Shown here: positions 1 through 10,344 of the stretch, one piece after another | Layout: every line of letters starts with the position of its first letter | Numbering within the stretch: position 1 is the stretch's first letter | Source of the DNA: Oleiphilaceae bacterium | GTDB lineage: Bacteria; Pseudomonadota; Gammaproteobacteria; Pseudomonadales; Oleiphilaceae | Direction: 5' to 3' | Assembly (NCBI GenBank): GCA_041591755.1 | Contig: JBFHRI010000001.1 | Coordinates: forward strand, 1 to 49,698 | Length of the DNA stretch: 49,698 bases | Notes under the pieces: model-generated | Databases searched by the model: none | The model's input: the letters and a program-made list of their open reading frames with translations, nothing else | What the model was told of the DNA's origin: nothing | Translations under genes and position numbers: made by a program

Positions 1-60
1 AATACCGCCAAGGACGCTGAGCGCTGCGAAAAGGTAGGCGATATGAACTTCTAACATCAT
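1..60 (-). CDS. partial CDS: N-terminus of a probable membrane protein running off the left edge
   Basis: The reverse complement of 1-60 reads ATG ATG TTA GAA..., giving MMLEVHIAYLFAALSVLGGI. It is hydrophobic and open to the window edge. An AT-rich 170-bp region (61-231) lies upstream. Only 20 codons are visible, so no family can be assigned. Confidence 0.25.
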   Translation of the reverse strand, partial: MMLEVHIAYLFAALSVLGGI

Positions 61-231
61 GTTTTTTAAGCCCTTTTAATAAAATGGTTAAAATTTAGTC
101 GGGCACTTTACAGAGTTGCTTTAGTAAAATCAACTTATAATTATGTGCGATTAAGGAATGTATTTTATAACGTATTGATATTTAAGAAGATGCCAATTGT
201 GAACAAGCGTGGCAATTTTGTGAGCACTTTT

Positions 232-837
232 TTACTCGCTTACGTGCTCATTATTAAGTTGATTGAAATTATTAAAACAGTCTGATTTTTCAGGAAAATC
301 AACAAATTGGGCTTGTGCTTCAGTTAACCAATCCATCACGCGCAGGCGGTTCTCGGACAGCTGCTGTTGAATCAAATCCACCGCAGAGCGGGCTAAGCAC
401 AAATGTAAAGGATGCACACGCTCCCCACAGCGCGCGGCGAGCACCAAGGGCTTGCGCGTCTGGCGTTGGACCTGTTGATAAGCGGCCAAGGCGGCGAGCA
501 TGCGTGTTGGAAAGCGCGCGTCGAGTAGAGGTGTATCGCAAGGGCTGATTAACATGTAGTCGGCATCACTGGCATGTAACAAAGCCGCTAACCCGGACAG
601 GGGCCCCTTGAAAGTCTGTGCCTCGTCGGCGCAGCGCCATGAACTAAACTCAGCATACCGCGCATCATTACGATTGCAATTGATCCAGACGCGGCGGCAG
701 CTCGGTTGTAGGACATCGATAATGTGTGCCACCATGGGGCGCTGACCGTAGCACACCAGTCCTTTGTCTCGTCCCCCCATGCGGGTCCCCAGTCCCCCGG
801 CTAAAATGCCACCATCGACGATCGTGGTGTTAGTCAT
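232..837 (-). CDS. mobA: molybdenum cofactor guanylyltransferase (MobA)
   Basis: 201 aa. N-terminal GGILAGGLGTRMGGRDKGL nucleotide-binding motif, then GPLSGL and SPCDTPLL motifs, as in MobA. Confidence 0.85.
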   Translation of the reverse strand: MTNTTIVDGGILAGGLGTRMGGRDKGLVCYGQRPMVAHIIDVLQPSCRRVWINCNRNDARYAEFSSWRCADEAQTFKGPLSGLAALLHASDADYMLISPCDTPLLDARFPTRMLAALAAYQQVQRQTRKPLVLAARCGERVHPLHLCLARSAVDLIQQQLSENRLRVMDWLTEAQAQFVDFPEKSDCFNNFNQLNNEHVSE

Positions 838-874
838 GGCAGTCGCTACGCATGTTTATTCAATCCTCAGGCCG

Positions 875-901
875 AAAAAAAAGGGCCTTTGGTGGCCCTT
901 T
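875..901 (-). terminator. intrinsic terminator downstream of trxA
   Basis: On the minus strand: AAAGGGCC-ACCAAA-GGCCCTTT followed by TTTTT. This is an 8-bp stem, 6-nt loop and U-run, about 22 nt after the trxA stop. Confidence 0.75.
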
Positions 902-922
902 AGGGGTTTGCACAATGCGTGC

Positions 923-1249
923 TTATAGATTGCTGTCGACAAAAGCCGCTAACTGGGATTTTGACAGAGCCCCTACTTTGGTCGCATCGACATTCCCGTT
1001 TTTGAATAACATCAGGGTGGGGATGCCGCGAATGTTGAACTTCGGGGGTGTCTGATCGTTTTCATCAATGTTCAGTTTGCAAATTTTCAGCTTGCCGGCG
1101 TAATCGTCAGCGATTTCTTCGAGCACTGGTGCAATCATTTTGCAGGGACCACACCACTCAGCCCAGTAATCGACCAGAACAGGGATGTCGGATTTCAGCA
1201 CTTCTTCTTCGAAGGTCGCGTCGGTGACGTTGATGATGTTGTCGCTCAT
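923..1249 (-). CDS. trxA: thioredoxin
   Basis: 108 aa with the WCGPCK active site. Thioredoxin-1 length and layout. Confidence 0.95.
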   Translation of the reverse strand: MSDNIINVTDATFEEEVLKSDIPVLVDYWAEWCGPCKMIAPVLEEIADDYAGKLKICKLNIDENDQTPPKFNIRGIPTLMLFKNGNVDATKVGALSKSQLAAFVDSNL

Positions 1250-1361
1250 AAGGATATTCCACTCATAGTTAAAACCGGGCGATCGCTTTTCTACCCTAAC
1301 GGTTGCGCTTCGCTTAGAATTGAGGACTTACTATATCGGCTAATTTGAGGAATTCAAGGAC

Positions 1362-2888
1362 GTGTTGTCAGACGACTCCAAGCAGCTCGCACCCGCTGAA
1401 TTGCCCGAGCAGATTGCAGCGATCGATTTGGGTTCGAACAGTTTCCATATGGTGGTTGCGCGAACGCAGCATGGGGAAGTCAGGACCATGGATCGTTTGG
1501 GTGAGAAGGTTCAGCTGGCGTCCGGACTCAATCGCAAAGGCGAGCTGTCTGAAGCCGCGCAACAACGTGCGCTGGAATGTTTGCGTCGTTTCAAACAACG
1601 TATCAAAGAGCTACCCCCATCATCGGTGCAAATCGTGGCGACCAATGCGCTGCGTGAGGCTAAGAACCGCAAGCATTTCATTCGTAGGGCCGAAGTGGTC
1701 ATGGGCTGCCCTATCGAGATCATTTCCGGACGTGAAGAAGCACGACTAATCTACTTGGGCGTGGCGCATACCCTGGCCGATGATGCAGGGAGACGCTTGG
1801 TTATAGATATCGGTGGCGGGAGTACCGAGCTGATCATTGGACAACGCTTTGAACCGCAACTCCTGGAAAGTTTACACATGGGCTGCGTTGCCTATCGCGA
1901 CCGCTTTTTCAGCCAGGGAGTGATCAGTGAAGACGCACTAACTCGCGCTCACACCACGGCAGCGCAAGAGCTCCTCAATATTAAACAGAAGTATCGCGAC
2001 AAAGGTTGGGACACTTGCGCCGGCGCTTCCGGCTCAATCAAAGCGGTGTTCACAGCAATTGAAGCCATGGGGCTCAACCCGGGTGAAGAAGTGATTCGTT
2101 TGGCGGATATGAAAAAGCTACGAGAACGTATGCTCGAGTTAGGTCATATCAATCGCCTCAATGAAATTGGAATCAAGAAAGATAGGCAGTCGATTTTTCC
2201 TAGTGGCATGGTCATTTTGTACGCCTGTTTCACCGAACTCGGCATCGACGCGATGGAAATGGCCACCGGCGCGCTTCGAGAGGGCCTCCTGTATGACATG
2301 ATTGGCCGGATTCGCCATGAGGATGTGCGAGAGCGCAGCATCAGCTCGATGCAAAAACGTTACGATGTTGATATGCGTCACGCGCATGAGGTTGAACTCA
2401 CGGTGCTTCATGCGTTCAGACAAACAGCAAAAGCTTGGGGCTTGGTCAGCGCTTACGATGAGCAGTTGTTAGTGTGGGCCGCGCGCATTTTTGAAGTGGG
2501 CATGGCGATCGCGCACTCCCAATATCATAAACATGGTGCGTATCTTGTACGTTACTCTGAATTGCCTGGGTTCACCAAACTGACGCAGCTGCATTTATCG
2601 ACCCTGGTGCGTCAGCATCGACGCAAGTTCGACCTGGAATACTTCGAAGAAATGAAAGAAAGCGAAAAGGCGAGGCTTTTAAAGCTCTGTATTCTGTTTC
2701 GTCTTGCCGTTATTCTCACCGCCGCACGCAACTCGGAAGAAACCGCCTTTGTGTTAAAGGTGATGAAGCATCAGCTTTCGTTGGACATGGGGCCCGGCTG
2801 GCTGGCTCAGCACCCCTTGACCCTGGCCAACCTCGAAAATGAAAAGGAATTTCTGAAGAAAGTGGGCTTCACGCTAGTGATTCGATGA
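1362..2888 (+). CDS. ppx: exopolyphosphatase / guanosine pentaphosphate phosphohydrolase (Ppx/GppA family)
   Basis: 508 aa. IDLGSNSFHMVVAR and DIGGGSTELI actin-like ATPase phosphate loops typical of Ppx/GppA. Divergent from trxA, as in Pseudomonas. The start is GTG 1362, with TTG 1365 possible. Confidence 0.9.
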   Translation: MLSDDSKQLAPAELPEQIAAIDLGSNSFHMVVARTQHGEVRTMDRLGEKVQLASGLNRKGELSEAAQQRALECLRRFKQRIKELPPSSVQIVATNALREAKNRKHFIRRAEVVMGCPIEIISGREEARLIYLGVAHTLADDAGRRLVIDIGGGSTELIIGQRFEPQLLESLHMGCVAYRDRFFSQGVISEDALTRAHTTAAQELLNIKQKYRDKGWDTCAGASGSIKAVFTAIEAMGLNPGEEVIRLADMKKLRERMLELGHINRLNEIGIKKDRQSIFPSGMVILYACFTELGIDAMEMATGALREGLLYDMIGRIRHEDVRERSISSMQKRYDVDMRHAHEVELTVLHAFRQTAKAWGLVSAYDEQLLVWAARIFEVGMAIAHSQYHKHGAYLVRYSELPGFTKLTQLHLSTLVRQHRRKFDLEYFEEMKESEKARLLKLCILFRLAVILTAARNSEETAFVLKVMKHQLSLDMGPGWLAQHPLTLANLENEKEFLKKVGFTLVIR

Positions 2889-2923
2889 ACGGAGGGCCCG
2901 TTCAAGAGTAAGAGAACAAACGC

Positions 2924-3961
2924 ATGATTGTATTGGGCATAGAAAGTTCCTGTGACGAAACCGGCGTCGCCATTTACTGCAGTGAAAGAGGTTTACTGGC
3001 GGACCGTCTTTTTTCACAGGTTGATTTACATGTGGACTATGGTGGCGTGGTCCCTGAGTTGGCTTCACGTGACCACGTTCGCAAGACCGTGCCGCTGATT
3101 CGTGAGGTCCTACAGGATGCAGGACTGAATCTGGACGCCCTAGATGGCATCGCTTATACCGCTGGACCCGGATTGATTGGTGCCCTCTTGGTGGGGGCCG
3201 CGATCGCTCAGTCACTTGCTTTAGCACTGGATATCCCCGCAGTTGCGGTGCACCACATGGAAGGTCACTTGATGGCACCGATGTTGGAAGACAATCCGCC
3301 TGAGCTGCCATTTATTGGTCTTTTGGTTTCCGGCGGCCACACTCAGTTGGTCTCTGTCAGTGACTTTGGTTGTTATGAGATGTTGGGCGAGTCGGTAGAT
3401 GATGCGGCAGGTGAGGCTTTTGACAAGGCCGCCAAAATGTTGGGCTTGGATTATCCTGGGGGACCACGCATTGCTGCTCTGGCCGAACAGTCTCGTGCAC
3501 GGGGTACGCCATTACGCTACCAGTTTCCGCGACCCATGACCGACCGTCCCGGCTTGGATTTCAGTTTTAGCGGCCTGAAAACGTACATGCTTAATACGGT
3601 GGAGCAGGAAAGTCAGGCCGGACGTTTGGATGAGGCCACCAAAGCGGATATTGCACGCGCCTTTGAAGAAGCAGTCGTCGATACCTTGCGGATAAAATGC
3701 CGCCGGGCCATTGAACAGACCGGTATTAAGACCTTGATCATTGCCGGCGGCGTCGGCGCCAACCGGTGTCTGCGGCAGACCTTGCTCGAAACGACCGAAA
3801 AAATGGGCGCGCGCGTGGTGTATGCGCGACCTAAATTTTGCACGGATAATGGCGCTATGATTGCCTATGTGGGTTGTCGACGCCTGCTCGCCGGGGAGCG
3901 CTCTTCATCCAGTTTCGCAGTCAGGGCGCGTTGGCCTATGACTGAACTGACGCAGTTTTGA
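2924..3961 (+). CDS. tsaD: tRNA N6-adenosine threonylcarbamoyltransferase TsaD
   Basis: 345 aa. [15 protein letters not shown]-terminus, HHMEGH metal site and [10 protein letters not shown] motif of the Kae1/TsaD family. Confidence 0.95.
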   Translation: MIVLGIESSCDETGVAIYCSERGLLADRLFSQVDLHVDYGGVVPELASRDHVRKTVPLIREVLQDAGLNLDALDGIAYTAGPGLIGALLVGAAIAQSLALALDIPAVAVHHMEGHLMAPMLEDNPPELPFIGLLVSGGHTQLVSVSDFGCYEMLGESVDDAAGEAFDKAAKMLGLDYPGGPRIAALAEQSRARGTPLRYQFPRPMTDRPGLDFSFSGLKTYMLNTVEQESQAGRLDEATKADIARAFEEAVVDTLRIKCRRAIEQTGIKTLIIAGGVGANRCLRQTLLETTEKMGARVVYARPKFCTDNGAMIAYVGCRRLLAGERSSSSFAVRARWPMTELTQF

Positions 3962-3976
3962 AAGTGAGTTCAAGCC

Positions 3977-4342
3977 ATGCGTGATCTGGTAGTGGTCGAT
4001 CAGCTCGTGGTTGCAGCGAGCATCGGGGTATTCGACTGGGAGAAGAAAATTCTACAAAGCGTCATGATCAGCCTCGAGTTGGAGCATGATTGTGAGCGCG
4101 CCGGTCAAACCGATGATTTGGCGGATGCGTTGGATTACGCTGCGGTTTGTCATAGTGTGCAGCAGGTCGCCAACCGCGCGCATTTTGAGTTATTGGAGTC
4201 TCTCGCTGCATGTATCATCGACCACTTGTTTAACGCGTATCCAGCGCTGCAAGGCGTGCGAATTCGTATCGACAAACCAGGCGCTGTGCCTGCTGCGCGT
4301 TCGGTTGCGATCATATTGTACCGGTCGCGTCGACCTGAGTGA
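3977..4342 (+). CDS. folB: dihydroneopterin aldolase
   Basis: 121 aa. FolB-like size and pattern (IGVFDWEK..., DYAAV...). It sits immediately upstream of an HPPK gene. Confidence 0.8.
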   Translation: MRDLVVVDQLVVAASIGVFDWEKKILQSVMISLELEHDCERAGQTDDLADALDYAAVCHSVQQVANRAHFELLESLAACIIDHLFNAYPALQGVRIRIDKPGAVPAARSVAIILYRSRRPE

Positions 4343-4349
4343 GTGCGCT

Positions 4350-4859
4350 ATGACAGAAGTTTTTCTTAGCCTGGGCAGTAATATCAACCGCGAAAACAAT
4401 ATTCGCGCTGCAGTGACTGCCTTGCGCAGGCTGTTGTCGAATGTGCGTTGTTCCAGTGTTTATGAAAGTGAGGCCGTAGGCTTTAAGGGCGATAACTTCT
4501 ATAACTTGGTGGTACAGGCGCAGACAGATCTAACCCTGCCCGAGTTAAGCGCGCAGTTAAAACAGATCGAAGACGCGCAAGGTCGCGAGCGCGGTGGACC
4601 AAGGTTCAGCGGGCGCACCCTGGATATAGATATTATTTTATATGGGGATTATGTCGGGCAGTTTGCAGGGATCGAGCTGCCGCGGCCTGAGCTGTATGCC
4701 AATGCGTTCGTGCTTCTGCCGCTGGCTGAGTTGACCCCGAAGCAACTAGATCCAGCAACTGGCCAGTGCTTTGAGTCGCTATGGCATCATGCCAAGATCC
4801 AACAGCGGCTATGGGTCGTGCCGTTTGCTTTCGACGGTCTTCCTGCGAACCACTCCTGA
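4350..4859 (+). CDS. folK: 2-amino-4-hydroxy-6-hydroxymethyldihydropteridine diphosphokinase (HPPK), second copy
   Basis: 169 aa from ATG 4350. This ATG is in frame within ORF 4086-4859, and the upstream extension overlaps folB. Motifs: LSLGSNI, SSVYESEAVG, RTLDIDIILYG. Confidence 0.8.
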   Translation: MTEVFLSLGSNINRENNIRAAVTALRRLLSNVRCSSVYESEAVGFKGDNFYNLVVQAQTDLTLPELSAQLKQIEDAQGRERGGPRFSGRTLDIDIILYGDYVGQFAGIELPRPELYANAFVLLPLAELTPKQLDPATGQCFESLWHHAKIQQRLWVVPFAFDGLPANHS

Positions 4860-6503
4860 TTAGTCCAGCTTGCCTTTGCGAAAACGCGCAATCAGTTCTC
4901 GCGTCGAGCAATCAAATTCATCTAAGGCTGAGTCATCCAGCAAGTGTTTAAAGATTTGCTCACCCAAGACTTTGCCAAGTTCGACGCCCCATTGGTCGAA
5001 CGAGTCGAGGTGCCACAAAATACCCTGTACAAACACCTTATGTTCGTAGAGTGCGATCAACGCACCCAAGGTAGACGGATTCAAGATCTCAACGACCAGT
5101 GTGGTGCTTGGTTTGTTGCCCGGAATAACTTTATGCGGTGCTAAGGCGACCGCTTCTTCGGCGCTCATGCCTTTGGCGAGTAACTCAGCGGTGGCCTCGG
5201 CCTCGGTCTTACCTAGCATCAAGGCCTGCGTTTGACTCAAGCAATTGGCGACCAGGTAGGCATGGTGATTGGACACGGGATTCGTGGAGCGCAGCGCGAT
5301 GATGAAATCGGCTGGAATCAATCGTGTTCCCTGATGCAGTAGCTGATGGTAGGCGTGCTGCCCGTTGCTCCCGACCCCGCCCCAAATGATGGGGCCGCTT
5401 TGATAACTGAGGGTGAGGCCATCACGATCGACCCCTTTGCCGTTACTTTCCATATCAAGCTGTTGCAGGTGGGCGGTGAAATTAGCCAGATAGTGATCGT
5501 AGGGCAATACCGCATGCGATTGCGCATCAAAAAAATTGTTATACCAAAGGCCTAAGAGCGCCAACACCACCGGAATGTTTTGCGCAAATGGCGCTTCCCG
5601 AAAGTGTTGATCCATGGCTTCTGCACCTTGTAATAGCGCCTCAAAATGCTCATAGCCCAACATGAATGCGATAGGTAGACCAATTGCCGACCACAGGGAG
5701 TAACGTCCACCCACCCAGTCCCACATTGGCAGGCAATTATCAGCCGTGATACCAAAGGCTTCGGCGGCTGCTACATTCGCTGTGACTGCGTAAAAGTGTT
5801 GAGCCAGCGCTTCTTCTGGCATCCCTTGTTGGTACATCCAGGCGCGTGCGACGCGTGCATTCTCTAGGGTTTCAAGGGTGCTGAAAGATTTTGTCTGGAG
5901 CAAAAACAGCGTGGTCTCAGGGTTAATCTGTCGCAGGACTTCGGTCACGTCGCTACCATCAATATTGGCGACAAAGTGACAACGCAATCCGGGTTTGGCA
6001 AACGGAGTCAAGGCTTCCAAGGCGGCTTTTGGGCCCAAGTAAGAGCCGCCTATGCCAATGCTTACCAGGGTATCGATCTGACGGCCGGAGAAGCCTTTAT
6101 GCTGACCTGAGTGGATGCGTTCAACCAGTTGCCTCATGCGCTGTTGCGTGGCACGAATTTCTGGAATGACATCGACGCCACCGACATAGATGGGACGGCC
6201 CGTTGACTGCCGCAACGCGGTATGCAAAGCAGGTCGTTGTTCGGTGTTGTTAAGCGGCGCACCTTCGAACAGGTCGTGGATCGCTCGCGACAACTCTTGC
6301 TCGTTGGCCAGCGTTAGCAATTCCTGCATGACGGCATCATCAATCAGGTGCTTACTAAAATCGACATAAATCTGCGCAGCCTGTAATGAAAAACGTTTAT
6401 CTCGATCGCCTTCATGGCGAAAAAGCTCCTTGATATGAGTATGTCGCATGCGCTCAGCCTGCGTGCGCAAGCGGCTGTAGCTCGAAGTCTGGTCAAGGCG
6501 CAT
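4860..6503 (-). CDS. pgi: glucose-6-phosphate isomerase
   Basis: 547 aa. GIGGSYLGP, GGRYSLWSAIG and other PGI signature segments. Convergent with folK, with abutting stop codons. Confidence 0.95.
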   Translation of the reverse strand: MRLDQTSSYSRLRTQAERMRHTHIKELFRHEGDRDKRFSLQAAQIYVDFSKHLIDDAVMQELLTLANEQELSRAIHDLFEGAPLNNTEQRPALHTALRQSTGRPIYVGGVDVIPEIRATQQRMRQLVERIHSGQHKGFSGRQIDTLVSIGIGGSYLGPKAALEALTPFAKPGLRCHFVANIDGSDVTEVLRQINPETTLFLLQTKSFSTLETLENARVARAWMYQQGMPEEALAQHFYAVTANVAAAEAFGITADNCLPMWDWVGGRYSLWSAIGLPIAFMLGYEHFEALLQGAEAMDQHFREAPFAQNIPVVLALLGLWYNNFFDAQSHAVLPYDHYLANFTAHLQQLDMESNGKGVDRDGLTLSYQSGPIIWGGVGSNGQHAYHQLLHQGTRLIPADFIIALRSTNPVSNHHAYLVANCLSQTQALMLGKTEAEATAELLAKGMSAEEAVALAPHKVIPGNKPSTTLVVEILNPSTLGALIALYEHKVFVQGILWHLDSFDQWGVELGKVLGEQIFKHLLDDSALDEFDCSTRELIARFRKGKLD

Positions 6504-6574
6504 CGGCTCTCCCTGCTAAAGTGTTTTAGAAAATGGATGGGGCCGAGTGGCGGCGCAGCACATGGGCAAGTTTC

Positions 6575-7429
6575 TCAGACCGGTAAAGTCACGAGGATGT
6601 TGTCGATCAGCCGCGTACTTCCCAGTCGCGCCGCAATCAGAATGACTTGTTCCGACTGTACCTCATCAATCAGTTCGAGGCTCAAAGGATCTGCAAAATT
6701 TAAATAATCCATGACGAATCCAGCGTTGGTTAGCGTCTGTGTAAGCTCTTGCCGCAAGCTCAGCAGATCGGTCTCTCCATTGAGCAGTTTATTCCTGCAG
6801 TATTGTAGTTGTTGATAAATTAAAGGCGCTTTAGCACGATCGGCTTCGCTCAAGTAGCCGTTGCGAGAGCTGCGCGCGAGACCGTCATCCTCGCGCGAGG
6901 TGGGCAATCCGACAATCTGGATCGGGAAGCACAAATCCCGCGTCATTTTGCGGATAATTGCCAGCTGCTGGAAGTCCTTTTCACCAAAGATAGCCACATC
7001 AGGCTGCACCATATTGAATAACTTACATACCACCGTAGCGACGCCGACGAAATGTCCGGGTCGGCTTGCGCCACAATGATGGGTGCCAAGGTCGGGTACC
7101 TCAACGCGCGTTTCGGTTGTCAGGCCGTTGGGGTACATCTCCGCCACTGCTGGAGTAAACAGCAGGTCGCACTGATGCTCCTGTAGTTGGTGAGAATCGG
7201 CTTCCAGCGTGCGTGGGTAGGCATCGAGATCTTCGTTGGCGCCAAATTGCATTGGGTTGACAAAAATGCTGCAAACCACGAAGTCAGCCTCTTGGTGAGC
7301 TTTGTCGATCAGTGACAAATGACCTGCGTGCAAATTGCCCATGGTGGGGACGAAGGCGATACGTTGGCCTTTGGCTCGCGCCTGACCGACCTGCTCACGC
7401 AGGGCTGCAATGGTGTTCACGGTAAGCAT
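6575..7429 (-). CDS. panC: pantoate--beta-alanine ligase
   Basis: 284 aa. FVPTMGNLHAGHLSLI (HIGH-type) motif. Located downstream of panB. Confidence 0.95.
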   Translation of the reverse strand: MLTVNTIAALREQVGQARAKGQRIAFVPTMGNLHAGHLSLIDKAHQEADFVVCSIFVNPMQFGANEDLDAYPRTLEADSHQLQEHQCDLLFTPAVAEMYPNGLTTETRVEVPDLGTHHCGASRPGHFVGVATVVCKLFNMVQPDVAIFGEKDFQQLAIIRKMTRDLCFPIQIVGLPTSREDDGLARSSRNGYLSEADRAKAPLIYQQLQYCRNKLLNGETDLLSLRQELTQTLTNAGFVMDYLNFADPLSLELIDEVQSEQVILIAARLGSTRLIDNILVTLPV

Positions 7430-7472
7430 TGATTAATCCTACAAACTAGAAATTGCCCCGCACTTGGCCATC

Positions 7473-8267
7473 TCAACCGGAAAAGGTGTGTTCAGGACCA
7501 GGAAACGTCGCGCTTTTCACGGCCTGATGATAACGAACAAACGCGTCTTGTATGGAGTCGGCTTCGGCGAGGAAGTTTTTCACGAATTTGGGCGTATAAC
7601 CGGTGTTGAGTCCGAGTAGGTCATGCATGACCAGCACTTGTCCGTCGGTCACATTCCCGGCGCCAATGCCAATCACTGGAATATTGACCTCACGCGTGAT
7701 GATTTCTGCCAGCGAAACCGGTACGCATTCGAGCAATAGCAAATCGGCCCCCGCTGCACTCAGTGTCTTGGCCGCTTCGATCATGCGATTGGCCTTATCG
7801 GCTTGCTTGCCCTGTACTTTGAAGCCGCCCAGTTTATTTACCGATTGTGGTGTCAAACCCAGGTGCGCGCAGACTGGGATGCCGCGGTGACTCATCTGCT
7901 CGATCATTTCGGCTAACCAGGCATCGCCCTCCAATTTGACAATGTGCGCGCCAGCACTCATTAAGCGACCGGCATTTTGGAGAGCCTGTTCAACGCTGTT
8001 GATCGCATTGAATGGCATGTCGGCCATGATTAGTGACTGGCGCTGTCCGCGACTTACACATGTCGTATGGTAGATCATATCTTCCATACTGACTGGCAAG
8101 GTTGAGCGGTGCCCTTGTAAGACCATGCCCAGCGAGTCGCCTATCAGTAACACTTCAATACCAGCGGCGTCGGCTAATGCTGCGAATGTCGCATCATATG
8201 CAGTGAGGCAGGAAAACTTCTCTCCTGCTTCTTTTAGCGCTTTGAGACTTTGTGTGGTGACGGTCAT
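7473..8267 (-). CDS. panB: 3-methyl-2-oxobutanoate hydroxymethyltransferase
   Basis: PanB motifs ([20 protein letters not shown]). The ORF opens at 8315, but ATG 8267 has an AGGAAG Shine-Dalgarno 8 nt upstream and gives the usual 264 aa. Confidence 0.9.
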   Translation of the reverse strand: MTVTTQSLKALKEAGEKFSCLTAYDATFAALADAAGIEVLLIGDSLGMVLQGHRSTLPVSMEDMIYHTTCVSRGQRQSLIMADMPFNAINSVEQALQNAGRLMSAGAHIVKLEGDAWLAEMIEQMSHRGIPVCAHLGLTPQSVNKLGGFKVQGKQADKANRMIEAAKTLSAAGADLLLLECVPVSLAEIITREVNIPVIGIGAGNVTDGQVLVMHDLLGLNTGYTPKFVKNFLAEADSIQDAFVRYHQAVKSATFPGPEHTFSG

Positions 8268-8336
8268 CGGAGTCTTCCTATATTGCAGAAGCAAAGAGTA
8301 CCCAGAGGTAACCAAAAATGCCAGTCAGTAGCGGAC

Positions 8337-8834
8337 TCAAAGTCGTTTCAGTTGATGCGTCAGGCATGCAGCGGCGTGGTCGGCTAAGTATGAACCGTCG
8401 GGCAAGCGCCAATTTGGGCAAATCTCAAGAGCGGGAATGACCACGAAATCTCGGCTCAGGGCGTGAGGATGAGGAATGCTGAGGTCTGGATCAAAATGAC
8501 GTATGGTTTGACGGCCGTAGAACAGGATATCCAAATCGATTACGCGCTCGCCCCAATGTCGAGTTTTGATACGGCCCGATGTGGCTTCGATTTGTTGCAG
8601 AGCCAACAATAGCTGAAGAGGTGAAAGGGTCGTATCCATCTGCACGACGGCGTTACAAAAATCGGGTTGGTCTTGAGGGCCCTGTGGTGCGCTGGTGTAA
8701 AGCGAAGAGCAGGCCTGCAGAGTGGAGTCTGGAAGCGAAGCCAGACGCACCAATACCGTTTTGACTTGTTGAATGGGATCGTCCAGATTGCTACCGACCC
8801 CAATCAGCACCGGGAGCGGTCGTTGGCCTGTCAT
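8337..8834 (-). CDS. folK: 2-amino-4-hydroxy-6-hydroxymethyldihydropteridine diphosphokinase (HPPK)
   Basis: 165 aa. GVGSNLDDP, SSLYTSAPQGPQDQPDF and RVIDLDILFYG motifs. Its start overlaps the pcnB stop by 4 nt. Confidence 0.9.
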   Translation of the reverse strand: MTGQRPLPVLIGVGSNLDDPIQQVKTVLVRLASLPDSTLQACSSLYTSAPQGPQDQPDFCNAVVQMDTTLSPLQLLLALQQIEATSGRIKTRHWGERVIDLDILFYGRQTIRHFDPDLSIPHPHALSRDFVVIPALEICPNWRLPDGSYLADHAAACLTHQLKRL

Positions 8835-10132
8835 GACCGAGCTCTGGGGCGCCTGCGGGGGCGACGTTGGGGACTCGGGCGATCAGACTCGGGCTCTGGA
8901 TTGTGCCGCTCGACTGCGGGATGTTGCTCTTGGAACTTGGTCCACCAGATTCCTAATCCGTCCAGGTCTTCACCACTTTCTTCGCGTAATAGAAGAAAAT
9001 CGTAGGCCGCACGGAATTTTGGTAAAGCCAAGGTTTGCAGGGGTTTCTTCCCCTCGATACGAAGCAGCCGCGCTTGAATACTCCAGATATCCCGGATCGT
9101 CATCAAAAAGCGTTTGGGAATGGTAATGATCTGCCCTTGCTGGTTCACCACGTGCTGAGCGACGCGATCATGAAGCTCAGCTTCACTCAGCTTGGATTTG
9201 TGCTGAGCGAGTTGTGCTTCTTGCAATTCTGGCCACATTAAAACGGCATAGATAAAGGCGGGCGTGACGGGTTTATCTTGTCGGATTCGCTCTTGCGTAT
9301 TGGTCAGTGCTTTGACGATTAACTGATAATAGCGTTCGCTCTGCGGGCTTTTTTGCAGCACTTGATGCAGACCCGGAAACAGGTGGGCAAACAGACCGAA
9401 CTGTCGTAGCAAGGCCAGGGCCTCCGGACCCCCTTCATGGACCAACACCTTAATGACTTCATCAAACAAGCGTGCAGCGGACACATTTCGGATCAACGGC
9501 GCCAGTCGGTAGATCGCTTGCTCGGTCTGAGCCTCCATCTTGAGCCCCAATTTGCTGGCAAAGCGTATCGCGCGTAGCATGCGAACGGGGTCCTCGCGAT
9601 AACGCGTTTCAGGGTCTCCAATCAGACGTAGGGTGCGTGTCTTGATATCGGGCAGCGCTCCGACATAATCGTAGATCGCAAAATCTTTCGGATTGTAATA
9701 CAGGGCATTGATGGTGAAGTCGCGTCTGATGGCGTCGTCTTCGATGCTGCCATAAACGTTATCACGTAACAGCATGCCATGTTCCGCATGCCGCGAGAGC
9801 GCGCTGTTATCGTCAGATTCAGAGCTGGCGCGAAAGGTCGCGACCTCAATCACGTCGCGCCCAAATAGAATATGGACCAGTTTGAAGCGGCGCCCAATCA
9901 AACGCGCGTTGGAAAAAAGACGTTTGACTTGTTCCGGTGTAGCGCTGGTTGCCACATCAAAATCTTTAGGACGTGCTCCCAACAGTAAATCGCGTACACA
10001 ACCGCCGACCAAATAAGCTTCATAACCGTTTTCTTGTAAACGGTAGGCGACCTTTAGCGCCAAAGTCGATAGGAACTTGCGCGATACTGGATGTTCGTCA
10101 CGGGGGATGATAGTCAAACTTGCGTGCGTCAT
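8831..10132 (-). CDS. pcnB: poly(A) polymerase I
   Basis: 433 aa. GGCVRDLLLG...DFDV nucleotidyltransferase motif of the CCA/poly(A) polymerase family and an Arg-rich C-terminal tail. pcnB-folK-panBC order. Confidence 0.9.
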   Translation of the reverse strand: MTHASLTIIPRDEHPVSRKFLSTLALKVAYRLQENGYEAYLVGGCVRDLLLGARPKDFDVATSATPEQVKRLFSNARLIGRRFKLVHILFGRDVIEVATFRASSESDDNSALSRHAEHGMLLRDNVYGSIEDDAIRRDFTINALYYNPKDFAIYDYVGALPDIKTRTLRLIGDPETRYREDPVRMLRAIRFASKLGLKMEAQTEQAIYRLAPLIRNVSAARLFDEVIKVLVHEGGPEALALLRQFGLFAHLFPGLHQVLQKSPQSERYYQLIVKALTNTQERIRQDKPVTPAFIYAVLMWPELQEAQLAQHKSKLSEAELHDRVAQHVVNQQGQIITIPKRFLMTIRDIWSIQARLLRIEGKKPLQTLALPKFRAAYDFLLLREESGEDLDGLGIWWTKFQEQHPAVERHNPEPESDRPSPQRRPRRRPRARS

Positions 10133-10344
10133 GGGTTTAGGAAGCAGCCACCAGTCTTAGAAAAAATGCGGTTGAAAAGTGCGCGGCAAGTGTAACGCGT
10201 TCCCTTTAGAAACACTAATCTGAGCGCGTGGCGGTGGCGTCAGTTGCTAGCCTTTTATTAGTGCTCAGTCAATGCAAACGTGCCGGGCTTTACTCAATTC
10301 AAGCCTGACAAAATTAGGGTGAAAAACTTTGGTTGGGGAAAGTA

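Noticed and set aside
4086-4349. N-terminal extension of the second folK ORF (257-aa version).
   Set aside because: The extension overlaps folB in another frame and has no HPPK similarity. ATG 4350, just after the folB stop, gives a normal-length HPPK.
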